Source: Botryllus schlosseri (taxonomy: Eukaryota). Taken from it: a stretch of DNA of 60,000 nucleotides. This document shows positions 1 to 12,559 of this stretch, one piece after another. Location of the stretch: the NCBI GenBank assembly GCA_051294905.1, contig CM119371.1, positions 24,182,001-24,242,000 of the forward strand. Direction: 5' to 3'. Under the pieces are notes generated by a model. It was given only the letters and a program-made list of their open reading frames with translations, made no database searches and had not been told where the DNA came from. Both the position numbers and the translations under genes were made by a program. The number at the start of each line of letters is the position of its first letter. Positions within the stretch are counted from its first letter, which is position 1.

Positions 1-408
1 AAAGGTTGACCGCTGATGGTCTTTCTGCGAGTACCAATAAATTCTATATATTTCCTAATTTCGAGAACACCTAGCTAGAACACCTTGCTAGCCGCCCCAA
101 TAGCAATGGAAGAAATGACTACAACTGGGAGTATGTGCGACGAAGTCATCCCCCTCCAGAAGTGTAAAACATTAATTACTCACTCATAATCTTTTGGATC
201 GGGATCGGAATCTTCTGCGGTTGTAAGAGGCATAACGCAGAGCTGCAACTTTTTTCCATTATCTTTGCAGTGATATCCATATCAGACAAACCTTGTTTCT
301 GGCAAATCATTTGCATTTCTTCCAAAATCTAAACATTTAGAAATGTTTACAACCGAGCAATTCAAAAAACTTATATGCGCTGTGGGCCTATCACATGAGC
401 GTGTAAGG

Positions 409-590
409 CAGGGGTTGGCAACCTTTTGTATGCAGCGTGCCAAAATTTGAGGTTCCCACATTATTATAAACGAGAAATCTGGTTCCGATAAGCCGCGTGA
501 GCATTGAAAAAAAAATCAAAATAACTCAAATCTGCTCAAATAGAATAACATATGCTAGTTTTGGAAACATGTTTGGTTCGCTAATTAGAT
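409..590 (+). mobile_element. hAT-type MITE end inserted in the EnSpm ORF2 region
   Basis: CAGGGGTTGGCAACCTTT terminus typical of hAT/Charlie-like MITEs; other end not identified. Confidence 0.4.
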
Positions 591-674
591 TATACATTTC
601 AAAAACTTGATCTCGGGTGCCACAAACGCCGACGGATTGATGTCGTGACTCGATCCTGGCACTGCTTCATACCT

Positions 675-3600
675 ACCCAATGCGCATCAATCAGAATCGG
701 ATGAATCTCCAACAGATCCTGTGTTGACATCCCATTCAGGGTGGCCTTGCGACGCGATTGAAATGTTCTTCTCATCCGATCTAATATTGTTATATTGTCA
801 GGTACTCTTTTGACGCACTCGGTTCTTATTGCTTTTTGGTGCACCTCGATGCTGCGCTCGTCTTCTGGAGGGTATAATTTCTGACTCTGTGAGACAAAAT
901 AGTTCTTTATTAAAACATGACCGGTTATCGGTGCATCGGTACTACTTCTTGGCAATCTATCTTCTAAACTGCAAGCATGGGCACTGCCAAAAAAGACTTC
1001 GTGCACAGAAAAATGTGTGGTATAGACTTGTGAAAAATTATGGGGAACCTTATTTCTCGGTGTTGTCGGTATCGGATCAAAAACTTCATATCGAGGATAT
1101 CTAAATGAAGGATGAAAGATACTAAATGCTCACATTGCATGTTGAGTCTCGAGAATTCTTGCACCGTTGACTGGATTTTTCCACCACAAGCTCCTGAGAT
1201 TTCCGTTTGCCGTGGCGTCCATGCTTTTGCTTTTTTAAATCTAGGATGAGATCTTCTTTTTCGAGGCGCCTTCGCCATTCCCTGTACTTGGTTTGGAGCT
1301 TGTCCTTCCATGATCCCTGCAATGTGGAATAGTTAGAGAAGGCTTCAGATTAAGTTTCGACAAACTTCTCACATATCTGTCACCACCATCGAATGATAAA
1401 CGATCTTGCAGCACCGGATACGTTGTCACCAAAGCACTCAATGAGCAGTTGTATTCATGATGCGTGGGATATAACCTAGGAACATATACATTGTACACTA
1501 ATTCAACTGCAATATTTGGTAATCTAAGAATTGTTGCGTACCCCGTGTAATTCCGTAGGTCATAAAACAGGTAATTTACGATTTCCTTCTTAATTTTGGT
1601 TGGAATTTCCAATATCTCTTTAAATTGCTGCAGCTCATGCGCCAAGGCTTTTGGTAAAGAAATTTGATACCCGCTTTCTGGCCATTTCAACGACTGGTAC
1701 TTATCTCGAAATCCGCTTGAAGTAGACTCTTGGGAGCACGAGGTTGACAAGGTGCTGTTCATAACACCTTCATCTGAAGACGATACAACAAATAAGGAAA
1801 ATAATATGAATTTGATGAAGAAGTGCTTACCATCACATTCAAAATCTTCAACAGGGGTGTCACGAGTGTCACTGGCATTCGCATCATTGAATGCTTCAAT
1901 ATTCAATGTGTCTTGGTCATTCATGCTTCCAGAAACTATGATGTCGGTGTCATCGGCGTCATCAGCAGAAACGTTAGCTTCGGCAATGGTTTCCTCTGCA
2001 TAATTACAAGAGAGTGAAGGCACGTATAGCATTGTCATGGAAATGTGCAGCCATAAAGGTAACCAGTGGACTCGGCCCATGGCGAATTCGAGCCATTGAA
2101 TTAAGTCTTCGGTGAACTCCACCCATGGTGAATTCGTAAAATAAAAATGATTATAAACGTTGGGAATTGTAATAATTATTGGAGTCTGATCCTTGATGTT
2201 ATGCACTCTTCATCAACATTACACAGCTCCGTATACGGGGCATATATGCATAATATAACATTTCATGTCTATGTGTTATTTACCATGGACCGAGTTCACT
2301 GGTAATGGGCAAAGATATATCAGGCATCATGGGCACCGAACCTGGGTATGCAAGGTATGCCAACCATACCTAGACATTTTCTTAGGTGTGCGGCATACCT
2401 AGAATTCGGTTTGGCATGTAGCGGCATAAACCCGCGATTGTGTGATTTAGAACAAATAGCAATGTATTTCCGTTTACGACATTACCTGCTGCCTCTATGT
2501 GAGCGAGGTAACCCTTTGCACGAGGCCAATTAGCGAAAAGCGCAAATTAGCGATATTCTTCTGCGCACACTGCACAATGTAACGCGACACGATTTCCCGC
2601 TGAGATGATCGTGAAATTATGTCATTGATTGCCGTGCGCTAGGCAATCGTCGCATTGGACGCTTGCCTGATTTATCGAGTCTCCAACAAGCCTAGGTTCA
2701 CTGGCTTGAACAATCACATCAGCAGCAGGCCAGGTGCGCACTATACCATCGCTAGCCTGCAGTATCGCATCTGCATTGGCGCACATGATATCATCGCTTA
2801 CCTACACAATCGCATCTGCAACAGGCCTGGTACGTAAGATAGGCCTATCATTGGTGGCCATGGCCATTGGCCAACTATCGCGTCTCGAGCCTAGCATACG
2901 TTGGCTCCTATCTCTCGATGGCTTGGAGACAATAACGTTAGGTGTATGCTGATTATTAGCGATTAGCACCAAACTGAATGACATCGAATGCCCGCTGACA
3001 TGTGCGATTGTGCGTGCGCCGTGCAGGCGTAATTGAATTCCGCTAATACTTAAACAAAACCATCAGAAGATGTTTGTCAAGGCGCGAGTTGTAAAAGACG
3101 GTTTGAACATGAAATATGTGCCACTCGGACATTTTGCCTCGCGGATATCGTCGCCGAGGTTACGTAATACGTGTTAAGCGGCGTATTCAACTGTTCGCTA
3201 GCGATCACGCTAATTGACCGCGTTGACAAGCGTATACGCGCAAGTTCGTTAACACGAGGAGATTGTACAATAGGGCTGTCCAAAAATAACATTTTTTTCC
3301 TTAATCTTGCTGGCTATGTGATTAAATCGTTAGGTTGCCTTGAAAAACGACACACACCAAATTTTCTAATTCATTCCAACCAATATTCGCGGGTTTCATA
3401 GAGTTTGAAAATTTTGAATTTGCTTAAAAACGCAAAAAAAAATTTCAAATTTTTCTGCCAACCCCATGAAATTGTTGAGCTGTCTTCAAAAACTATGCAA
3501 AACCAATTTGACTCAATTCCAAGCCGTAGAAGCGGAGTTTGGTTTTATTCGTCATAACCGGCTGTAGCGCTTGTCAGCTTCTGGTTTTTGCCCAAGAAAC

Positions 3601-4222
3601 TATACCGCTCAATATTGCATTTGAAATTCCGAAAGCGAATTCTCGCAGACTACCGTACCAACTTTAAGCAGATGGATATACCGTCATATAACGATATATA
3701 TATCGTGTTTTAGTAGCAATATACCTTCATAGATTGTGACTGTGAATTGTTGTTACCCACATAATTCTGAATAACAGCTTTTTTTCGAATTTTTCGAAAA
3801 TGGCAGCCGGTGGTAAACGGTTAAGGATGCGTATTATACATGGTGGCGTACTAAACTTGGAAAATTACAGTACTATTTTTGGCAGTTCCAGCATCGCCAT
3901 GAGACATTCAATTACACGAATCAATTACTGTAACACTTTTCCCTAAAAATCTATACCGGTATCTGTTTCTATTGCAGACATCGAACAAGACACAATATAA
4001 TTCTGGTATGGTATAATCATCATTTGGAGGCGTGATCACCGCTTTTACGGCACCAATTCTCTTTTTATGAAAATAGAATAATAAATTACTCACTTTCTTC
4101 GTCGGTCAAAACAAGTCGTATTTGACCCATATCTTCGATAGCTGACGGCTTATAAAGGTCGACGTACAAGTTGAATGACTTATCGTAATATTCCATCTTG
4201 AACGTTTTTTCACCGATGGTAC
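675..4222 (-). CDS. EnSpm second ORF (SAMD3-like/TnpA-like), multi-exon, probably degenerate
   Basis: Pieces FKMEYYDKSFNLYVDL (4094-4220, donor GTGAGT), ETIAEANV..FECD, DEGVM..RNYTG, LYPTHHEY..YPVLQD..DRY, GSWKDKLQTKYREWRRR and EDERSIEVHQKAIRTEC..MRRTFQSRR..HPIL; junctions between the first five are phase-compatible GT..AG introns (e.g. ~1774-1830, ~1476-1541, ~1317-1372); continues toward position 1. Confidence 0.65.
2058..2306. mobile_element. small TIR element (MITE)
   Basis: GGTAACCAGTGGACTCGGCCCATGG at 2058 pairs with CCATGGACCGAGTTCACTGGTAAT ending ~2306. Confidence 0.5.
3271..3560 (+). mobile_element. terminal fragment of a TAGGG-ended hAT element (same family as 52158)
   Basis: Starts TAGGGCTGTCCAAAAATAA; 3450-3540 is closely similar to 52333-52423 (TTTTCTGCCAACCCCATGAAATTG..GTAGAAGCGGAGTT). 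Confidence 0.6.
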
Positions 4223-4359
4223 TACGAAATGTACTTGTTAAACACCGGTAACACGGTAGCAACAGATATAAGTAACCAGTCTGAAAAATAGAACGACCAC
4301 ATTCAAAATGACGAAACTTGAATAAATCATGAATTGTAACTACTTTTCTCAATCGAAAT

Positions 4360-5546
4360 AGTTCACTTACAGAAAATTTTGTAGTTAATTCGGAATAATC
4401 ACACATGCAGAATCGACAAATACGCCCATTACTAAATGAACAACGGAACCCAGATAGATCATGACTTGCTAAATTATCAGCAGTAATAGTCGCCAAGCTA
4501 CCTTTGAAATGCCTCGTCATACCATTCCAAAGGGCGACATTTATTCCGGATGTTTCCAGAGTTTTGAAATCTTCTATTAATGGTTCAAGTACCGCATGAT
4601 ATCCCATATTCTTGACAGTTGCGGTTTTAACAATCAGTACTGGATGAATGTTTCTCAAGTTCGACTGAAACTTAACGTCAATATTTCCAAGTATAAAATA
4701 GAAGCATGTAAGCTTATGTATCGTTTTCGAACTTCCCAGAGCATTGCAAACTTCCACATCATCTACATATAAATGTATGCGCAGCAAACTCCGATCACCA
4801 TTGAAAAAACTATTTGCTTTGAATAAATCACCATCACAAAAGTTACTAAGAAACCCATCAGCAGAAGTACAGGACGAATTGCTATCAACACTTTTAATAA
4901 CATCCTTGTGGGATAAGTATTTTTTCAGAGTACTCAATATGGGACTATATTGATATTGTTGATCCTCAACACCGTCAAAACACTTTTTTACAGGCTCAAC
5001 TAGTCCAATGTTAGTCAAACATTTTCTAAATTGATGGTCACTTTGCGTTTGATTCATCATGCGAGTCAGATCTGGCATACTATCGCCAACACAGGCATCT
5101 TTAAACATTTCTAAAAGTTCTACCACGCCGAATAAAATGTCACGAGATACGGATATTGGCAGAAGGTATTTCTCCCTGCATTTTAAAGCAAACTTGAAAA
5201 ATTCATCATTGAAGTTTTGTACTCCGGGTAGACCGACATTGCTTTGACCATTCTCTTCCTGTGACTGATCCATCTGCTCTAGCGCGGAAACCTGAAGGTC
5301 CATTTCTGATCCTGGATTATTCACTACTGGTTGTGGTTGGCCATGTGTGCGGTAAAGATGTACTCTGAAGCTATGGTAAGTGCTAAACGTCATTGGTGGA
5401 TTGCTGTCTCCACACGGTACCATACTACAGGTGAATGCGGTACACCAACGATGCACACAACGTACATGATTTAGCAAGACTTTCCGGGATGAAAACTGAC
5501 GACAAACGCATCTTTTAACTGGGCAAACCCAATCCATAACAGTCAT
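4360..5546 (-). pseudogene. EnSpm/CACTA transposase, N-terminal half only
   Basis: Two C2H2-like fingers (CPVKRC..HVRCVH; CSMVPC..HLYRTH), then LRIHLYVDDVEVCNALGSSKTIHKLTCFYFILGN, TADNLASHDLSGF and CRFC motifs; homology stops after CRFCMCDYSEL so the rest of the catalytic domain is absent. Confidence 0.8.
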
Positions 5547-5621
5547 GCAGTCAGCGTCGTCAATAAATTCTGTACTCAGTGCGGTTGGCTTGCTGGTGGC
5601 TTCCCGGGAATACAAGATTTT

Positions 5622-6050
5622 CAACCAATCATGACGCATACTGAAATCACGTGTGCCGTGAACTGAAACTTCCGTTTTTTCAACCAATAACAACGTATAC
5701 TAAAATCTTGTGAGCCATAAACCAATAGATTACAGCCATTTTTCAACCAATCACGACGGATACTGAAATCGTGTGAGTCGTGAAATAAAATTTCCTGTTT
5801 TTCAACCGATCTCGACGGATACTGAAATCGTGTGAGCCCTGAGCCGTGAACTAATATATCACCGCCGTTTTCAACCAATCACGACGGATACTGAAATCGT
5901 ATGAGCCGCGAACTAAAATTTCCTATTTTCCAACCAATCACAACGGATACCGAGATCGTGTGAGGTCAGGTGTGAACTAATATGATGCCGCCGTTTTTCA
6001 ACCAATCACGACGGATACTGAAATCGTGTAAGGTGTGAACTAATATATTA
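5622..6050. repeat. minisatellite, 7 units of ~59-69 bp, upstream of the EnSpm transposase
   Basis: Units start CAACCAATCACGACGGATACTGAAATCGTG at ~5622, 5681, 5744, 5803, 5872, 5931, 5999; short and long units alternate. Confidence 0.9.
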
Positions 6051-6199
6051 CGACGAATACTTACATGTTTTATAATAGATAGCTAACCTATACGGATAGA
6101 TTCGCAACAGCTATCGTCACGCTTGCTTGCTCAGCAATCTGAACGTTACATAATTTCATATCCCATAGCTTCAGACCCGAGCGCTCAAATTAGATATAG

Positions 6200-6490
6200 T
6201 TGATTTCATTTGAAAGCTACCGTGGCGATGATTCTGAAAATATACATTAAAATTTCAATAGGGCAATGGAATTACCCCGAAGTAGATTTCAAAATCTGAA
6301 AATCAGCATTGTTCCAAACAGTCGCAGCGACGCAGCACAATGGCCCTACAACGCGTGGTTGCGAATGTTCGGAACAATGCCGAATTTCATACTTTGTGGT
6401 GTATTTCGAAGGCGTTCCATTGCCCTGATTAGATTTTAATGCATATTTTCGGAATCAGTGCGACAGTAGCTTTCAAATCAGAGCAACGTT
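6200..6490. repeat. ~290-bp imperfect palindrome (foldback MITE-like)
   Basis: TTTGAAAGCTACCGTGGCGATGATTCTGAAAATATACATTAAAAT..GGGCAATGGAA (6209-6272) matches the reverse complement of 6416-6477, and pairing continues inward to a short loop near 6340. Confidence 0.8.
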
Positions 6491-7578
6491 ATTCCAAACT
6501 GAAACGCAACATGTTTTTTACATAACATGTTACGTTTCAGTTTTGAACTTGATTAATTGGAAAACACGTCGCGTTTTCGGTTTTAAACTTGTTTATTTCA
6601 AAAACACGTCGGCATTTTCCGTCGTTTAACGTGTTTTTGGAAAAAACATGCAAAAAACACGTTGAATACACGGTTTATTTTTTACAGTGAAAGCACTGCA
6701 GTATAGTGAGTCTTAAAAGCCGATGGTCAAATTTACTACTTTGTGAACAGGCTCTCTCACTCAAGAACGTACTGAAAACAGCTGATTTGACTTTCAAATT
6801 CTTTAAAACCAAATTATCTAACAACCTTTTATTGAGATTCAAGTAGCTGTAAGAACACAATACAACCACAGGTACCAGCGGATTGTCCGAACGGGCTGAA
6901 AATGATCACTGGCAAAGGCCACCTTAAAAAGCAATCGCGCAAAAATTAAATTTTCAAAAATAAAATCATCAAAAACCCTAAAATTACCAATATTATAAAA
7001 ATTAACGCGATTTTAACTGTTACGTGCGTACTTGACAATTACACATCTTGAATTAATGTGAGCCAATTCGAACTCAGAAATGGTAGATCAGGTTGCATGA
7101 TATAGTCCGCTGAAGTATTGCTGACAGTTTCGCTGATATCATCTCTCATCTCTATGATTTTGTGGACTGTTCTGTAGACCAGTGGTTCTCAACCTTTCAC
7201 ACCTCGGGGACCGGTAAAATTTGAAAAAAATGTCTGGCGGACCGGTGAACTTTCAAAATTGAAATGAAGCCAAAATGTAAAGTATGCAACCGTATTTTGC
7301 AATTATATGGTACTAGAGAGTGGCATTTAGAGGGTTTTGATCGTGTTTAATTATATTCATGATGGCATCCATGTGATTTTATGGTAGTGAGTCTGCCGAG
7401 TCGAGGTAAAATAGCTTTATCCAGATAAACGTGCTACCGCCGAGAGTCCTTCACAGTCTTTCGCGTTGAAGGCCGTGGGCTTAACCGACCACGCTAACTC
7501 TAATACTATTCGTCTCTTTGACAATATCGAGAGAGGAAGCGTATCGGAGTCGAACCAAGCACCTTGTCGTATTACATT

Positions 7579-7694
7579 GCTCATTGCCCACTGCCACCAG
7601 ACGCTGGCTACTGTGGCAACTACCTATGCCTATACGAATACAATGCGTGCCGCAAGAAAACACATTACAGCAGCTATACCGGCCATCCACAAAT
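7579..7694 (+). pseudogene. degenerate Kunitz/BPTI-domain-like fragment
   Basis: Frame reads HCPLPPDAGYCGNYLCLYEYNACRKKTHYSSYTG, matching the Kunitz pattern CxLPxDxGxCxxxxxxYxYN....C..FxYxG with later Cys lost; interrupted by a MITE at 7695. Confidence 0.4.
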
Positions 7695-8245
7695 CCTGAC
7701 CGAAAAAGCACTTCGTCAGCCCACCCCTAAAAACGCTTGTCTTGGGGCCTCCACAGGGTGATAAGTCAAACTTCCGGGGGCTTCACCCACAGACCCTACC
7801 GTTGGGTGGATGTTTTCATCTGTACTTGTGAGCACATCCATTCTACTCAGCGTAAGCAGAGAGTTTACCTAGCTTTAATCGCGCCAATAATGAAAATTCT
7901 CGATCATTCACGAGTGAAGCGGTTTTCTCGCGGCCGAATTTTTGGCCCACCTTTCGGAGTCCCATGTTAACCTAAGCTTCATTATGTGTTGGTACGCCGC
8001 GGCGTGGTAATGGCTGACGCCAAAATACCTATAAATCATTCGGTATTTCTCAGAGAAGGGCACCTAATGAGCAAGACATTTAGGGATTTTAAATCGTGCA
8101 AAGCGCGAAAAGAGATTGAAAAATGTTAGAAAAAACGTCATATAACTACGCTATGATTTATGTTCATTTGCGAAATAATTTTGAGCCCTATTCAAGCTCG
8201 GCCCCTCTCTAATTGGGCGGTTTGGGGTGCCCCGTTACGGTCCTG
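7695..8245. mobile_element. MITE with CAGGGCCGTAAC-type TIRs
   Basis: Right end GTTACGGTCCTG; degenerate left end matches the family start at 11976 (CAGGGCCGTAACAGCACTTCGTCAGCCC); internal part similar to 55280-55560. Confidence 0.6.
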
Positions 8246-8548
8246 CACAAAATGAATGAATCGAAAACCAATGATCAAACAGTGCTGTTTAGCGATGAGT
8301 CGGCTCGTATCTGTTCTGTGTAGCCTACTTGTCACTCGCATGTCGTCAAATGACACGTCTTGAACTTTAAGTCAAATCGAACATGTTTCCAGCCCTATAA
8401 TGTTACCTCACGAAGTTATGAATCAGTTTAAAATTTGATGTTTTATTTATTTTATCAATGAAGAAGCCTTCAACATTGCATCTTGAAATTAAGGTATAAC
8501 ATTCAAATATGCCTGGCGGACCGGCGGTTGGGAACCACTGCTCTAGAG

Positions 8549-10038
8549 CAGTGGTTCTCAACCTTTTTGGCTTCGCGGACCCTTTTGACCGTCACGGGCC
8601 CTCGCGGACCCCCTCAAGTTTTAGTTCAATTTTAGCTCTATTATGGTGCAACCTTCATATCTGTCTTGTGCAAATATGAACTGTAGGCTTGTGATAAATA
8701 GCAAAATAATGATTTTTCTTTAAAATAACATCATACTATTTATGTAGAAATTGGTAGACATTTATTTTTTCAAAGCTAATTTTGCTGCTGTATTTCTTGA
8801 AGTACGTGGTCGTGCCTTTAAAATCCGCGTCTTTGTTTTGATATGAACGAATAGTGCCGAAAACCATTTCCGCAAAGATAGATGGAGGCTAATGCAATAT
8901 TAACGCATAACGCTTCCGACGGTACTTTCGGTGTGATCGTAACATTTATGGCGCCAAAATGAAGAAACATATATATTATGAACATATCACGTCTAGCATC
9001 TAGCGCAGCGATGGGCAACGTACGGACCGCGGGCCAGATTGGGCCCGAGACGGCATTTTGATCGGCCCGCAGAGAGTTTCTACCGTCAAAGTGAAATCCG
9101 AATCCAAAAGTTTAGACAAATTTTATGCGCCAAATAATGGATCCAAGTTTTCCAACCTGAGAAAGACTGTCATGATACGACTTGATCTGTTCTGGTTTAC
9201 ATATACATTTACGAGCAAACATTTTCGACCATGAACAAATGAACATTAACAAGACAAGGCTACATACCAATATAACTGGTGATATGACTTTCAGGGTTGG
9301 AGCGTAATGCTTTGATAGCAACGAAACACTCCTTGTTCATCAAGAAACCAGCCTGGTCGATATAGGGCACCCGCAATAAGAATGCGCCAAATCTGATAGC
9401 CGAGCTTTAAGAGCAGGTATATCATTGTCCGATTTATGACGAGTGTCAGCCGAAAATATTCGGGTTCATTTCAATATGAATATACTATTCAATTGTATAT
9501 TGAAGTTCTGTACCTCCAAGAAGTTGTTCAAATAGTGGTTATGTATATCACAGGATAAAATGGATTTCGTGGCGTGGTTTCAATTCCGCATTGGGACAAA
9601 TTAGGGAAATACTTCGGAAATTTTTATTTCAAACGACTGTACACTAATTTGATGAGACTGACAACTTCAAATCGAGAAGGTTTCGCAGACATTACGAAGT
9701 CGCCCTGATTGACGTTACTATCTCCATATTTTCATTTTTTTCACAAACCGCAACTAAACGTCTCCAAACAGCAATATGTTTGTACCAGCAGCTTAATTGA
9801 AAATTGGCGATGAAAATGAATTTCCTCACTACGATGGTTCATGTCAGATATTATTATGGTGATATGAGTCATGGGGTTTTACCAGTTGTGGTGCGAAACT
9901 GCCTCATGCTTTCTCAAATTGAAAAATAAAATAGAATTTAGGTTATCAACCATTTTAAAAATTTAGAGGTCTCGCGGACCCTCTGAAATTGCTTCGCTGA
10001 CCCCTAGGGGTCCGCGGACCCCCGGTTGAGAACCGCTG
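8549..10038. mobile_element. hAT-Charlie-like non-autonomous element
   Basis: TIRs CAGTGGTTCTCAACC / GGTTGAGAACCGCTG, near-TSD CTCTAGAG / CTCCAGAG, subterminal CGCGGACCC repeats; a further MITE end (CAGCGATGGGCAAC) at ~9006. Confidence 0.75.
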
Positions 10039-10461
10039 CTCCAGAGTCTTCACAGAGCAGAGTTTTCACCTCGCGGACCGGTAAAATTTCAAAAAATGTC
10101 TTGCGGACCGGTGACCTTTCGAAAATTGAAATGAAGCCAAAATGTAAATATTCAACGTTTTTTTTGCAATTATATGGTGCTAGAGCAGTGGTTCCCAACC
10201 TTTTTCGTCTCATGCCCCCCTTGGCCGATATTTGAGCTAAAATTCCCCCCTATGAAAAAGTTGCCTGTGACTAAAAAATGTTCTTTTTAACGCGCCACCA
10301 TTTGTTGACTGAGCAATTAATGGCCAAACATATTCAGATATGTCCGAACTATGGCGAATGCGGACTGCACTAAACTTTGGTAAAGTACAGTCAAATTTGA
10401 CCAGTTTTAGACCGGTCGGGTAACCGCTGACGAGAAATAAATCACCAAGTCTGCTTGCTAT

Positions 10462-10620
10462 CAGGGCATGGTATGGTATGGTATGGAACGAGAATGTTCC
10501 ATACTCCATACTTGCCTTACTCTCTCCATACCATACTTGCAATTTTCCTTACTATTGTTCCATACCATACTTGATACGTATTCCATACTTTCAAATACTT
10601 CAATATCATAAGTATAGTAC
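10462..10620 (+). mobile_element. MITE end with (ATGGT)n/CCATAC subterminal repeats
   Basis: CAGGGCATGGTATGGTATGG start; same family at 34208-34360. Confidence 0.55.
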
Positions 10621-10829
10621 CTTTTCTAGCACCTATATTATTGATATTTCGGATGTCGTTATTGCTTAAACTAGCCATGATGCGAATCTAACTCCTGGTA
10701 ATAGTTTCACAGAGTCTGTTTTGGTGAGGTTTAGTCCACAGTGGTGAGGTGCCGTGTACCTCTACTCTACAGCTTCCGCGAGCAAAATGAGATAGTCAGC
10801 AGATTGTCATCTAGGACCGTCCAGAAAAG

Positions 10830-11974
10830 GGACTGTCTACATACGGCCCGCAACGAGATTTTGTCCGCCCCGCGGACAGTTTCCCGTCTTACGTGATAAT
10901 GTGGCCCGCGGCCCCAGTCTTCCAAGATTCCCCACTACTTGCCTAAACGTCAAATTTTAGTGACTGCATGTTATTATATAGGTCAGCGCACTGCACAGCG
11001 TGCGAGAGTGGAGCTTACGGGTAAGTTCTTCGAAGCGAGAAGACTTGCATTATCGGCATTTACGGTGTACTCAACCCTAATGAATTGATATCTTGGTAAA
11101 TTTGGGGTAAGGGGGCTTATCAAACACTTTGAAATTTTATTTAAGGATTGCGCTGTGAGTTAGTTGATCAGAGAGAAACAGACATAGCGGCGCCTGTATG
11201 ACAATGCTGTTCTCAAATCCACATATCATTTTCAATATCGGCGAGAAATGGCTTTGAAGTGACATTGCTGTCGATAAAATACATTCAATAAATACGATTT
11301 ATTCCTTGTATACATGGGCTAATAATATATCCATTCAGCAATCCAGCCCGCCAAGTACTTAATTTTCTTATATCCGCCCCCCCCCCCCCGCTCCATAAGA
11401 ATATCATCGCATTTCCGGCACATTGGCATCAGGCACGTGCAAATTTGAAGTAAATACTCGCAAAATAATTTATAATATAGGAGCACCCATAAAATATCCC
11501 AGCTGCAGGCGAACAATACTGCAACGATCTGCGTGATTATTAGTACAGTATTAGGTTGGGGTTAGTGTGGCGAGAATTTCAAACGAGATCTACCCCACTC
11601 CCTGATCTATAATCCTAATGCGTGAGCGTTTGAAATATAACCAATAAGATATCTCGGTATGTGCGGATAATGTTTCAGAAGAAATGTAATCATCAATCAC
11701 ATTGAACATTAAGTACGTTGCATCATGATTGCTTGTAAGCTCTCGTCACTCAAGGAATGAGGTATAGTTGGAGTAGCCAACATTACCAATTATTGCGTCA
11801 CATGATAGACTATGCTAGGAGACGTCATGTCTAGACTCAATAGAATATGGGACCAACATTACTGTTGTCATTATTTCATCACAAAATCATGTCATTTCAA
11901 GTGCTCCAAAAACCGTTGCACAAGCGTGTATTTGATCCTACACAGCGTTCAATAGTTCACGTTCACACATAACA
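10830..11974 (-). repeat. inverted copy of 34444-35584 (MITE plus ~600-bp passenger sequence)
   Basis: 10885-11974 aligns by eye to the reverse complement of 34444-35565, e.g. TACTCAACCCTAATGAATTGATATCTTGGTAAATTT and AATAGTTCACGTTCACACATAACA. Confidence 0.85.
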
Positions 11975-12559
11975 TCAGGGCCGTAACAGCACTTCGTCAG
12001 CCCTCCAAAAAAAACTTTCTTCTTGGGCCCCCCATAGGGTTATTGACCGAACTTCTGGGGGGCTTCGCACCCCAGACCCCCCCTCTGGCGATACCCTGTT
12101 TACCGCTATTCATCATTTTCGTTGGGACTTTGTTTAGTTGATCAGCTTTTGTCGCCTAAGCGCGCAAAGCGCGGGGAATTTCTAGAATTCATGACTCAAT
12201 TTGTCAGTATGATCGGGAATTGCATATATATTTTTATCAATTTTTATCTTCTCTCTGCTCACGTAATCAGATTTGCCGATAGAGCTGAGTGAGGTGTGCT
12301 TGAAAAGGTAGGACCACTCAATAATAATTAAACATCTTCGGGCGTATACCCGTTGGCAGGAACGAAACAGCACCTCGTCACGCCCTCAAAAACGTGGGTC
12401 TTGGGCTCCTATAGGGTGATGAAACGACCTCTCCATCACGTTGTTCGCGTTTGTCACGAAATCATCTGTACTGTATTGTGAGCCAGCGAGTAGCGCGAAA
12501 ATTTTCGATAATTTATGATAAAATCGGTCAATCAGATCGGCGATCGCATATATATTATG

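Larger units (their letters stand above)
1..6689 (-). mobile_element. CACTA/EnSpm-like (CMC) DNA transposon, internally deleted; other end lies left of the window
   Basis: Minus-strand terminus CACTGTAAAAAATAAACCG at 6689 with subterminal AAAACACGT repeats (6500-6670); carries a zinc-finger/EnSpm-type transposase half and a spliced SAMD3-like second ORF, as in animal EnSpm elements. Confidence 0.8.
7180..8540. mobile_element. hAT-Charlie-like MITE with nested inserts
   Basis: TIRs CAGTGGTTCTCAACC / GGTTGGGAACCACTG; flanks CTGTAGAC and CTCTAGAG (NTCTAGAN-type target); second partial copy at ~10058-10186. Confidence 0.7.

Noticed and set aside
1241..2206. Single-exon 321-aa host protein
   Set aside because: Reads through in-frame introns and a MITE; the coding parts are exons of the EnSpm second ORF.
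2700..2840. Three degenerate ~43-bp tandem units and overlapping small ORFs
   Set aside because: Low-identity repeat inside an intron of the transposon with no coding or structural support.
5622..6050. CRISPR-like repeat/spacer appearance
   Set aside because: The variable parts are homologous to each other in two alternating types, no cas genes are present, and the context is eukaryotic; it is a minisatellite.
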